From: an uncultured virus (IMG/VR IMGVR_UViG_3300025889_000100)
Taxonomy: Duplodnaviria > Heunggongvirae > Uroviricota > Caudoviricetes
Direction: 5' to 3' (one strand)
Virus record (IMG/VR): IMGVR_UViG_3300025889_000100
Length of the DNA stretch: 64,000 nucleotides
In this document: positions 56,322 to 64,000 of the stretch, in pieces
How the letters are laid out: each line of letters opens with the position of its first letter
How positions within the stretch are numbered: position 1 is the first letter of the stretch
Notes under the pieces: generated by a model
Seen by the model: the letters and a program-made list of their open reading frames with translations, nothing else
Databases searched by the model: none
Told to the model about the DNA's origin: nothing
Made by a program: the position numbers and the translations under genes

Positions 56322-57820
56322 TTCTTTTCCTCTCCTTTAAATTTAATAAATACTGCTCGGCCTTGTTTTTCTATTTCAAATAGGTTTTCAATTGATTTGA
56401 AGTAGTTGTAAACACTAGCCTGACTTTTCTTGCTTTCTCTTTTCACTTCTGATAAGAAATCTTTTTTACTTATGAATCCGTCTTCATCTTTTTCCATAGC
56501 AACATAAACAGTCTTAAATGTGCTTAACATTGATTTTTCAGTAACCGAAGTTCGACGGACACGGAGGCTACGTTCAAGCCATGCGACAAGGGTTATATAA
56601 CACTTTTCTGCAATCTGTCCTGCTTGTTCGACGTTTTTACCTGTAACAATGAATCTCTTATCTTTATCTCTAATGCTTCTTGCTTGAGATATAGAACATA
56701 AAACTGCCATCTTTTTAAGATTTTGATTCAGACGAGTAATAAATACATCAAGAATTTCCTTTACTTCCTTTCTTGAATCTGAAATATAGTTATCCATTTT
56801 ATCATATTCATAGAGTAATCTATCTCTTGCTTCTTGAGTATAAGTCATTGTTTTCAACGGGTCGCAACCTACTTCAACAAATCTCTCTTTTACAAGATTG
56901 TAGATTTCAAATATATTATTTGCAAATCTTTCTGTTGGTGGTTCTTCTCTTTCAGTTATTACACCAAACTGACTAATTAATTCTCTTCTAATTTTATCTT
57001 GAACGAAAGAAGGAACATCATGAACATACATAACCATTCTTGGTAATACACCTGTTGTAGCCATAATCTCTTGTAGGTTTCTAGGAGGATATGTCATAGC
57101 AACTACTGTTCTTTGACAATAGCAATTAACTACTCCACCCTCTTTTAATTGTTTATTAATTACCCAAGATTCTCCAGTTAAAGAATTCATTAAGGTATTC
57201 AAATATACAATAGAATTACCTTTGTGTTGGCTTTCCTTGAAGATACCCGAATACTCAAATTCATCCCAGTGGGCTATTCCGTTTCCTTCCAATGCCCCTG
57301 CAACTCTTTCATAATAAACATCTCCTATTTGTTCTCCATGTAATTCTGCTTCTTCATCATTTCTAATGATTTTCTTATCCATATAACCAATTAATGCAGC
57401 ATCAGTATAATCAACTAAAGAGAAAACATCAAAGAAAGTATCTGCTATTTCTCCAGCATCTCTTAATTGTGGAGGATGTGTTCCTGTTTCGTTAATCTTT
57501 TTAAATACTGACTTAGTAATTGGGCCTACAAATCTCCAAAGTGTTGATTTACCTGTACCTGAAGTTTGAATCCAACACAAATGTATTCTAATATCATCAG
57601 TTAAATCACCGTCAGGTATATGCACAAAGTCTTTACATACTGCACTTAATAAATTATAATACATTAATAGTGCAGGAGTATCGTTATGCTTTGAGTAACT
57701 AGTTGCAGTATCAGCCCATGCTTTCATAATAGCAGGTAGTTCCGTTTTACTTACTGCGCCCATATCTTCTGTAAATTGCGCCCAGTAATCTTCTTCATTC
57801 ATTTCATATTCATCTATCAT
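56318..57820 (-). CDS. MCM-like AAA+ replicative helicase
   Basis: Walker A SGTGKST, GAL...AHWDEF Walker B, LPRM arginine finger, C-terminal winged helix. Confidence 0.8.
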   Translation of the reverse strand: MIDEYEMNEEDYWAQFTEDMGAVSKTELPAIMKAWADTATSYSKHNDTPALLMYYNLLSAVCKDFVHIPDGDLTDDIRIHLCWIQTSGTGKSTLWRFVGPITKSVFKKINETGTHPPQLRDAGEIADTFFDVFSLVDYTDAALIGYMDKKIIRNDEEAELHGEQIGDVYYERVAGALEGNGIAHWDEFEYSGIFKESQHKGNSIVYLNTLMNSLTGESWVINKQLKEGGVVNCYCQRTVVAMTYPPRNLQEIMATTGVLPRMVMYVHDVPSFVQDKIRRELISQFGVITEREEPPTERFANNIFEIYNLVKERFVEVGCDPLKTMTYTQEARDRLLYEYDKMDNYISDSRKEVKEILDVFITRLNQNLKKMAVLCSISQARSIRDKDKRFIVTGKNVEQAGQIAEKCYITLVAWLERSLRVRRTSVTEKSMLSTFKTVYVAMEKDEDGFISKKDFLSEVKRESKKSQASVYNYFKSIENLFEIEKQGRAVFIKFKGEEKK

Positions 57821-58512
57821 AGTTTCACCTTATCTTCTGAATTTAATACGTTAAGTATTCTGTCTGCTAATACTTTTCCAAACCCATCTAGTTTTTGTAT
57901 GTCAAAACTAGTTTGTTCTCCTATTTCCATAACAGACCCAAAAGTATCAATTAATACCTTTGCTTTTTTATAGGATACGCCTTTGATGCTAGTTAAAATA
58001 TCAAGTCTTAAATCGTCGGTGCTTATTCTCTTAAATACTTGTGGTCTTATAACTTCTCTTTCTATTGGTTGCATTTTACAAATCGCTGTAATTATCAATG
58101 ACGCTTCTTCTTCGCTCTTTACCCAAAAGGGTTTTATATCCGTGTCTAATACAATTCTACCTATTGCTCCTAGAAATTTATTTGATAACATAATCTTTCT
58201 AGAAGCGATAGGTAATTTGCTTTTACTGTGTTCAATAATATTGTATATTCCTTCTGATAAATCTCCATAGATAATTACAACATTGTTCTTGTAATGTCTA
58301 TCCATATTATCTAATTGAGTCCATAATCTTTTAGACATTACAGACCCAATAAAATCTACAACAGACTTTGCTTCAAAGCATACATCAGCAAAAACATAAT
58401 CTCCTATTTCTAGCCATTTCTTTTCTGTTTGTATATTTAGAATTCTCGCTCGTTCTTCAACGAGTTTGACAATTTTAGAACCTTCTTTTTCTCTACTATC
58501 AATTATTAACAT
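57817..58512 (-). CDS. ERCC4/XPF-family nuclease with HhH motifs
   Basis: IIDSRE, LEIGDY, EAKS..DF, IKGVS and LDGFG. Confidence 0.9.
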   Translation of the reverse strand: MLIIDSREKEGSKIVKLVEERARILNIQTEKKWLEIGDYVFADVCFEAKSVVDFIGSVMSKRLWTQLDNMDRHYKNNVVIIYGDLSEGIYNIIEHSKSKLPIASRKIMLSNKFLGAIGRIVLDTDIKPFWVKSEEEASLIITAICKMQPIEREVIRPQVFKRISTDDLRLDILTSIKGVSYKKAKVLIDTFGSVMEIGEQTSFDIQKLDGFGKVLADRILNVLNSEDKVKL

Positions 58513-59539
58513 TTGGAAACCTCCAACATTTACCTATACAATATCCTTCTGAAATAAGTTTATCACAAGAAGGAGTTTTGTAATTACCATGCACCGTAAA
58601 ACGTGCGTGTTTTCGTGTTTGTCCTTCATCCCAGTCTAACCAGACTTCATCATTATTTTCAGCAATAGATTTAATCTCTTCAACAACCATATCTAAAACT
58701 TTATTCTTTTCTTCCAATGAAGTGAGATTAGTTCGCAAAGTTAATAAATCCCGATACCAAGATACAAGATATGCTCTCGCTAAATGCGAAGGATTCTCCG
58801 TCATCACTGCGTTATGCAAACACGGCAACATTGGAAGTTTTCCTTCATAGAACGGAACGCTAACTTCTCCTTCAACTGCTTCAATGGGGGGTTGTTCGGG
58901 AAACTTGACCCTGCTATTACCAACCTTTCTAAAAGGAATACTTCTTGACTTAGATGCTAACAGAATAATATCTTCAAGACTTAAACTAAGGTCATCATAT
59001 AGCAAAGGAATACAGAAAAGAGAATTACCGTTCTTATCTGAAGATGACATATTAACAGTATTCGGAACTCTTCTTAAACGAGTCGTTTGCCCGACCCTAT
59101 CATCTAATGTATTATCATCTCCTACCTTTTCTTTTAAGATATTCTTGACCACTTTAAAATAAGCCTGTATATCTCGAATGTCCTGAGTTTCTTCACCATC
59201 TAAAAATAGATGAAAACCTCTTCCAGAAAAGAATAAAGTATGCATAATATCATTCTCCATAACCCAATTCATAATTATCTTAACATCACGATATGCTTTA
59301 TCGAGGTCATCATTATGGCCGTCAAAATCTAAAAATATTCTGTTTAGAATTACAGAAGAATCAATCTGTGCTGTTTCACTAAAATGCTCAAAATCATATA
59401 CAGTTGTATATACATTCATCTTATTGTTGTAGTCCTTAACGAATTTAATATAATCATTCTTCGTTAGAACTATTTTTCTTTTCATCTGTCTTGCGTTTTT
59501 CAGGTGGCTTCCCGCCCAAACTGCTCTCGGAAATTTCAT
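58499..59539 (-). CDS. Archaeo-eukaryotic primase, PriS fused to PriL-like Fe-S domain
   Basis: FLDFD, FSGRGFH, RLRRVPNT; C-terminal LPC...PSC...C...C. Confidence 0.88.
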   Translation of the reverse strand: MKFPRAVWAGSHLKNARQMKRKIVLTKNDYIKFVKDYNNKMNVYTTVYDFEHFSETAQIDSSVILNRIFLDFDGHNDDLDKAYRDVKIIMNWVMENDIMHTLFFSGRGFHLFLDGEETQDIRDIQAYFKVVKNILKEKVGDDNTLDDRVGQTTRLRRVPNTVNMSSSDKNGNSLFCIPLLYDDLSLSLEDIILLASKSRSIPFRKVGNSRVKFPEQPPIEAVEGEVSVPFYEGKLPMLPCLHNAVMTENPSHLARAYLVSWYRDLLTLRTNLTSLEEKNKVLDMVVEEIKSIAENNDEVWLDWDEGQTRKHARFTVHGNYKTPSCDKLISEGYCIGKCWRFPNVNN

Positions 59540-59825
59540 TTTTTATTCCTCCAAAATTTACTGTTGCTGTGTTCAGCATATTTTTTATTGTTCCTGCTAC
59601 TTCTGCTTTAATGTGTGTAAGGCACATCTCTCTCAATATATCAGCATAGTAGTAGCCAACCATACTATCATTGATTTTTGTCTCTTTAACCATATCAAAT
59701 CTTTCTATTAAATTCATTTCAGAATAGATTTCATTTGATAGGTCTTCAATCGTTACCATGAGATTTGATATTTCATTAAATGTCCAAGGTCTTGCCTTTA
59801 CTTTTAATTCAATTACTTCTTTCAT
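59454..59825 (-). CDS. Hypothetical protein
   Basis: ORF track; GGAGG RBS; 3' end overlaps the primase gene. Confidence 0.65.
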   Translation of the reverse strand: MKEVIELKVKARPWTFNEISNLMVTIEDLSNEIYSEMNLIERFDMVKETKINDSMVGYYYADILREMCLTHIKAEVAGTIKNMLNTATVNFGGIKNEISESSLGGKPPEKRKTDEKKNSSNEE

Positions 59826-59973
59826 TTTCTTCCTCCATAGTCATTATCTTCATAATAAGAAACTCATTAAAAGACAATGGGGGTTGATAATTGAACTTTA
59901 TTTTGTCATACAACTCTTTTAGTTCGGCTTTGTGATTTGTAATCTTCTCTCTTTTAACTAATATTTTTCTCAT
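59809..59973 (-). CDS. Small hypothetical protein (MRKILVKR...)
   Basis: Start moved to ATG 59973 after GTGA. Confidence 0.6.
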   Translation of the reverse strand: MRKILVKREKITNHKAELKELYDKIKFNYQPPLSFNEFLIMKIMTMEEENERSN

Positions 59974-59977
59974 ATTA

Positions 59978-60883
59978 TCACACCCATGAATCTTCTTGTG
60001 CCGCATCACAAATACCAAAGTAAGAGCAATGAGCGCAAGTCTTGTAAAAGAACTTTGTAGGAAATGTATTTCTTTCATAGTGATGAATCAACTTAGCGAT
60101 ATTATTCATTACAGAAGTCATAGACCTTTTCTTTCTCTCTTCTGCATAAATGTAATTTGATGCTGGATAGTACCAACCCCAATGTGTTACTTTATCATTT
60201 GGGTCAAGACCATTCTTAATCATAACTTCATCGGTTGCATTCTCGATAAGTAATTCATAAAACGCCATTTCTTTTCTCATTGAAGTTGTTTTCCAATCTT
60301 TCCAAAGACCTGTTTTATATTCAAAAGGAACAAGACCCCCATTCTCTCTAAAAATTCGGTCAATGATTCCTTGAATGTGAATTACATAATCTCTTTGAAG
60401 AGGAAACTTTGGATTGATGTTTGCAGGGATTGTAATTTCAGCATCAAACTTTCCTTCATTACAAACTGGCAAGTATTCTTGTATCTTATCTTCTGACTTC
60501 GCTTCAATAAATCGTTGTGCTTCGAGCGATGCCACTGTTACTGAAATATCATAGTATTCATCAACAGGCATTAGTCCAGTGCAGTATTCCAAAATCTCAC
60601 TATTGTTCATCTTTGAAGCCTTCTCAATATCAAAGTTATTGAAAAAGTCTTCTCTATGATTGTGTAATATTGTTCCTTTAAGCATAGCCTCCGTTTGGTC
60701 TTGAGGCATTCGCTGGATATAAGAAAAGTCATATTTCTTCGGACACCAATCGAAAGAACCCAAAGAAGACTTCGTTATTTTCAAGATTGGTTGTGAAGGG
60801 TCATCATAATTTTCAGGCTTCCATTGGTAAGTGAACTCCCTCATCGAGGAAATCACCGCATTATATTTTTCATCGTTATTCAT
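59978..60883 (-). CDS. Cas4/AddB-like PD-(D/E)xK nuclease with Fe-S cluster
   Basis: CPKK, GTILH, GIIDR, EYKTG and CAHCSYFGIC. Confidence 0.85.
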   Translation of the reverse strand: MNNDEKYNAVISSMREFTYQWKPENYDDPSQPILKITKSSLGSFDWCPKKYDFSYIQRMPQDQTEAMLKGTILHNHREDFFNNFDIEKASKMNNSEILEYCTGLMPVDEYYDISVTVASLEAQRFIEAKSEDKIQEYLPVCNEGKFDAEITIPANINPKFPLQRDYVIHIQGIIDRIFRENGGLVPFEYKTGLWKDWKTTSMRKEMAFYELLIENATDEVMIKNGLDPNDKVTHWGWYYPASNYIYAEERKKRSMTSVMNNIAKLIHHYERNTFPTKFFYKTCAHCSYFGICDAAQEDSWV

Positions 60884-60884
60884 T

Positions 60885-61772
60885 TTACCACCATTCGTCT
60901 AATTTCATTTGTAGTTTTCCTGTCCGTATTGAAGAAATGTCCCATTCCATTGCCTTGTAAATTGGCTTCGCTTTGTTTATCACTTCTTCTGCGTAGTGTT
61001 TGTAGTTGGGAATGTAATCATTAAAATCTTCATACACTGTTCCCGAAACAAAATCTACTTGTCTTTTTTCTTTTGTGAGAGGGTGGGTGTAGGTATCATT
61101 AACACCCTGTACTTTCATAAACAAGTATGAATCATCAAAAGTTTTGTCTTCTTTTTCCCAAGCATACAGAACCCCTGCGATACCTGAACCGATTGTGGGT
61201 TTCTTGTATTTAGTTGTTAAGAAGAATTTGGTTTCAGTTCCGCATTTATCACACCATTTAATCTTAAGGCATTCAGTTAAGTGGTGTTGCTTTTTGCATT
61301 CTGGACATTTAACCTCAAATCTTTCTTTACGCAAACGACTTCTCTTGATAATCTCTTTGTTTTCGATTTCACCATTGATAACATCATTGTATTTTTCATG
61401 TAAATACTTGTTGATTTCTTTCATATCTTTCTGTTCCACCCACATTCTCAATACATTTGTTTGTACTTCTTTTGCGAGTTTAGTTTCACTAACACGCTTT
61501 GCAGTAAAACCAGTCATTGTGAATTTAGGTTCATCAAGCCAAACTCCATCCTCCCAAGATACTAAACCTGCGTTTCTATTCTTTGTTGTGCCAACACCTA
61601 ATGCCGAAAAATACTTTTCAAATTCAAGAACAACAGGATGTTGTTCAAGATTTAATACATTAGGAAAGTGTTCACGAACTGAATCTTCAATCTCTTTGAT
61701 TGCTGATTCAGCCTTTTCAATAGATTCAATCTGAACATAGATTGAATCCGTATGTCCATAAACTACTTTCAT
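60885..61772 (-). CDS. polB: Family B DNA polymerase, C-terminal part (motif C, thumb) with Zn-finger insert
   Basis: YGHTDS, LEFEK, KNRNAG; start moved to ATG 61772 after GGTGA. Confidence 0.88.
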   Translation of the reverse strand: MKVVYGHTDSIYVQIESIEKAESAIKEIEDSVREHFPNVLNLEQHPVVLEFEKYFSALGVGTTKNRNAGLVSWEDGVWLDEPKFTMTGFTAKRVSETKLAKEVQTNVLRMWVEQKDMKEINKYLHEKYNDVINGEIENKEIIKRSRLRKERFEVKCPECKKQHHLTECLKIKWCDKCGTETKFFLTTKYKKPTIGSGIAGVLYAWEKEDKTFDDSYLFMKVQGVNDTYTHPLTKEKRQVDFVSGTVYEDFNDYIPNYKHYAEEVINKAKPIYKAMEWDISSIRTGKLQMKLDEWW

Positions 61773-61776
61773 AGTA

Positions 61777-61971
61777 TCACCATGCGTTTTCAAAATAGAG
61801 TTTGCCATCAGTATATTGCATCAATTCCTGCTTGATTGTTTTAATGTCCTTTAATAAATCTGCAAACGTAGTATTCTCTTCATAGAGAATACCCAACTCG
61901 TTTTCAAGTCTCTTTACTGTTTGCTTTAGATTTGCTACTTCTGCTTTTAATTCTTTAATTTCTTTACTCAT
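61777..61971 (-). CDS. Small coiled-coil protein
   Basis: ORF track; GGTGA RBS. Confidence 0.7.
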   Translation of the reverse strand: MSKEIKELKAEVANLKQTVKRLENELGILYEENTTFADLLKDIKTIKQELMQYTDGKLYFENAW

Positions 61972-62099
61972 ACTATCACCGTTACGATTGTTATAATGGT
62001 TATTATATTTACGATATTTACCATCATCAATATCTTATTGCTTTTTGCTATCATAGCAAGAAGTTCTTCGAGAAGTTCATTGGTTTTGTCCATCATCAT
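61968..62099 (-). CDS. 43-aa peptide with C-terminal TM anchor, missing from ORF track
   Basis: MMMDKTNELLEELL...IVNIITIITIVTVIV; ATGA overlap with the next gene. Confidence 0.6.
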   Translation of the reverse strand: MMMDKTNELLEELLAMIAKSNKILMMVNIVNIITIITIVTVIV

Positions 62100-62241
62100 T
62101 CTCTTCACTTATCCTTGTAATAATAGCGTTCCTTTTTAGATTATTCATCATTTGAAATAATTCCTTTACTTCTTGTAAAGTAATATCCCATGTTTCTTCT
62201 GTATCATAAGATACTTCAACAGTTACAATTCTCTTCTTCAT
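62077..62241 (-). CDS. 54-aa hypothetical protein, missing from ORF track
   Basis: GGAGG RBS; MKKRIVTVEVSYD... Confidence 0.6.
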   Translation of the reverse strand: MKKRIVTVEVSYDTEETWDITLQEVKELFQMMNNLKRNAIITRISEENDDGQNQ

Positions 62242-62473
62242 ATAAATGCCTCCATTGTTCTTTAATTACCCAATGTCTGTTTCTTCTTGTTCCTACTGCA
62301 AAGGCATAAGGTTTCAATAATGACGCTAAACGATTAGCCTTATAAACTGTTCCGTGTTCTTTTTCATAGAAAGAAACTATTTCTTCTAAATAGAAATTAT
62401 CTGGATTTTCTATCTGTTTCAATGAATCAATTAACTTCTTTTTTATTCTGTAATTTCCTGAACTTCTTCCCAT
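62216..62473 (-). CDS. Small winged-helix-like protein
   Basis: ORF track; helix-helix-beta-hairpin pattern. Confidence 0.6.
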   Translation of the reverse strand: MGRSSGNYRIKKKLIDSLKQIENPDNFYLEEIVSFYEKEHGTVYKANRLASLLKPYAFAVGTRRNRHWVIKEQWRHLYEEENCNC

Positions 62474-64000
62474 TTATTCCATCTCCTTTGCTTTAAATGC
62501 GGCTAAACGAATTGCTTCTCTTGCACTAGCAGTAATACTAGCGGCTAAATCTACATCAGCCCAACCAAATCCTTGAAAGGCAACAATGCCATAGAACGAT
62601 GCCATTAATCTTTTTACTGCCATTTGATTGTTATACCACTTGACATATTCATTTTTGTTATCATTCTCTCTTGCTTCTTTCATAAGACGCTTATATTCAT
62701 TTCTTAATTCTTTTAATTCAAGAACTGCTCTCGGTAAAAGGCCGAGATTATCTGTCTTATAATAGAGCATTTGTTCTCTATCAGTAATACTGAAATCTCT
62801 CGGTGTTAAAATATTTACACCAAATTCTGTTGGTTCTTCTGACTTAGTTTCCCATGAAATGTTTCTAGCAATCATCATACTAGGATAAAGACCAGCAAAA
62901 TCAAAAGCAGCAACATTAAGATGTAATCCATTTGTTTCTTCACTTAATGGGTCATAAATCATAGCACCGTCATATTCTTGACGCTTCTCTACTTTTTCAC
63001 CTGTTGGTGCAATCCATGTAGCATTACGCATAAAATAAATTGAACCCATATGACTAGCATAAAAACAAGCATCGAATGGTGCAATCAATAATCTTTGTAG
63101 TGCGATAATTGCCTCACTACAATAATTTAATTCATCCAATTCTACCATTAGTTCAACATCAACTAAAGCATACTTCAAATATGTATCAGTATCTTCTAAC
63201 CATGCTCTACGATAAAACTCGTTAGGGTCTGGAAACTTTTCTGAAACTAGTTTCTTTCGATTAAGAACTAATTCAGATACATAATCTAAACTCAATGAAG
63301 GTAAAGTTCCTCTTTGTGAATCATTCCATTGACGTTCAAAGGCCATGTCTAAATTGAGGGTAATGCGCCCCTTGATGGGCTGTTCGATACTTCCGAACCC
63401 CTTTTCACCATAAAGGAATTTGTAGCCGTTCTTCGTTGAAACAACGCCCTTTACTTGGCTTACAGGAGATATTACTAAGGGATTCAGACCCAAAGCACAC
63501 GCTCGCTCAAGTAGTTTCGGAACATCAGCAAAATTACCAAACCATGAAATAAGCATATCTGGATTTTTGTCCTGAATTGTTTGCATAAAATTTTCAAGCA
63601 TATCTTTTTCTGAATCATACTGAAATAACGATACTTCATGATTATTATAATTGCTATATATTTCTTCATTGATATGAGTATCAGGAAACCATACCCATTG
63701 GTAATAAGTTTCATCATAATTATCATACATTACAATAGTAGTAATACAATCGTGATATTGTCCACCTTGTTGCCATTCCATATCCCAATACCATTTACGC
63801 ATTTTATATTCAGGCAAAGAACCTAAAGTATCAACTGCATATCTAAATGATAAAGGAACATCTGCTTCATATGTCTGAAGAAAACTCTTCTTTGCTATTT
63901 TAATATCTTTGGCAGATTCAACATATACACGAATAAGTTTTGTTCCTTCAAGATTATACCAATTTCCTTCTTCATAAACAAAATCTCTTTCAATAAACTT
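62474..64000 (-). CDS. polB: Family B DNA polymerase, N-terminal part (exonuclease, motifs A and B); 5' end lies beyond the window
   Basis: Frame is open to the window end (YEADVP..R); ExoI WDME, motif A FDFAGLYPS, motif B KRLMASFYG. Confidence 0.92.
   Translation of the reverse strand, partial: KFIERDFVYEEGNWYNLEGTKLIRVYVESAKDIKIAKKSFLQTYEADVPLSFRYAVDTLGSLPEYKMRKWYWDMEWQQGGQYHDCITTIVMYDNYDETYYQWVWFPDTHINEEIYSNYNNHEVSLFQYDSEKDMLENFMQTIQDKNPDMLISWFGNFADVPKLLERACALGLNPLVISPVSQVKGVVSTKNGYKFLYGEKGFGSIEQPIKGRITLNLDMAFERQWNDSQRGTLPSLSLDYVSELVLNRKKLVSEKFPDPNEFYRRAWLEDTDTYLKYALVDVELMVELDELNYCSEAIIALQRLLIAPFDACFYASHMGSIYFMRNATWIAPTGEKVEKRQEYDGAMIYDPLSEETNGLHLNVAAFDFAGLYPSMMIARNISWETKSEEPTEFGVNILTPRDFSITDREQMLYYKTDNLGLLPRAVLELKELRNEYKRLMKEARENDNKNEYVKWYNNQMAVKRLMASFYGIVAFQGFGWADVDLAASITASAREAIRLAAFKAKEME

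Larger units (their letters stand above)
1..64000. other. Genome segment of a tailed archaeal virus (Caudoviricetes), probably Magrovirus-like (host Marine Group II/Poseidoniales)
   Basis: TerL, portal, HK97-type protease, MCP and tail module; archaeal-type replication genes (MCM, PriS-PriL, ERCC4, PolB); GGTGA RBS motifs; no cellular housekeeping genes. Host assignment is inferred from gene content. Confidence 0.85.

Noticed and set aside
59978..60883. Cas4-like gene as evidence of CRISPR-Cas
   Set aside because: Stand-alone Cas4-like nucleases are common in viral replication modules; no array or cas1/cas2 is present.
60885..62474. Intein or intron explanation for the PolB split
   Set aside because: No Cys/Ser...His-Asn splice junctions seen; the intervening DNA holds ordinary small ORFs and the C-terminal half has its own RBS.
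55220..63826. Plus-strand ORFs within the replication block (e.g. 55220-55450, 61144-61734)
   Set aside because: Antisense to well-supported genes.
1..64000. tRNA, rRNA, integrase, transposase or reverse transcriptase genes
   Set aside because: None recognised by eye; a tRNAscan-SE or HMM run would be needed to exclude them.

Overview
The whole window is part of the genome of a tailed archaeal virus (HK97-type head, probably a long non-contractile tail). It is most likely a Magrovirus-type virus of Marine Group II Euryarchaeota (Poseidoniales), based on GGTGA-type ribosome-binding sites, TATA-box promoters, an MCM-like helicase, a PriS-PriL fusion primase, an ERCC4 nuclease, a Cas4-like nuclease, a split family-B DNA polymerase and an ATP-dependent ligase beside the head genes. 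Layout: (1) 1-1600, two minus-strand genes with a repeated promoter element. (2) 1711-55153, one long plus-strand block of accessory ORFs, terminase, portal, ligase, prohead protease/scaffold, major capsid protein, a GTPase/membrane module, and neck and tail genes with a lambda G/GT-type -1 frameshift. (3) 55206-64000, a minus-strand replication block. Main discovery candidate: about 25 otherwise unrelated proteins start with the same short leader, M-x(0-2)-W-x-x-[ILV]-[LI]-K. A closely similar helix (M-[DE]-W-S-[DE]-I-H-K-M) forms the extreme C-terminus of the protease/scaffold and of a small head-region protein. This suggests a capsid cargo-loading signal, possibly cleaved by the prohead protease, attached to an exchangeable set of cassette genes whose junctions carry short direct repeats. 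A second candidate is an Arf/Sar1-like small GTPase in a module with membrane proteins. All family assignments come from motif recognition by eye; no searches were run.
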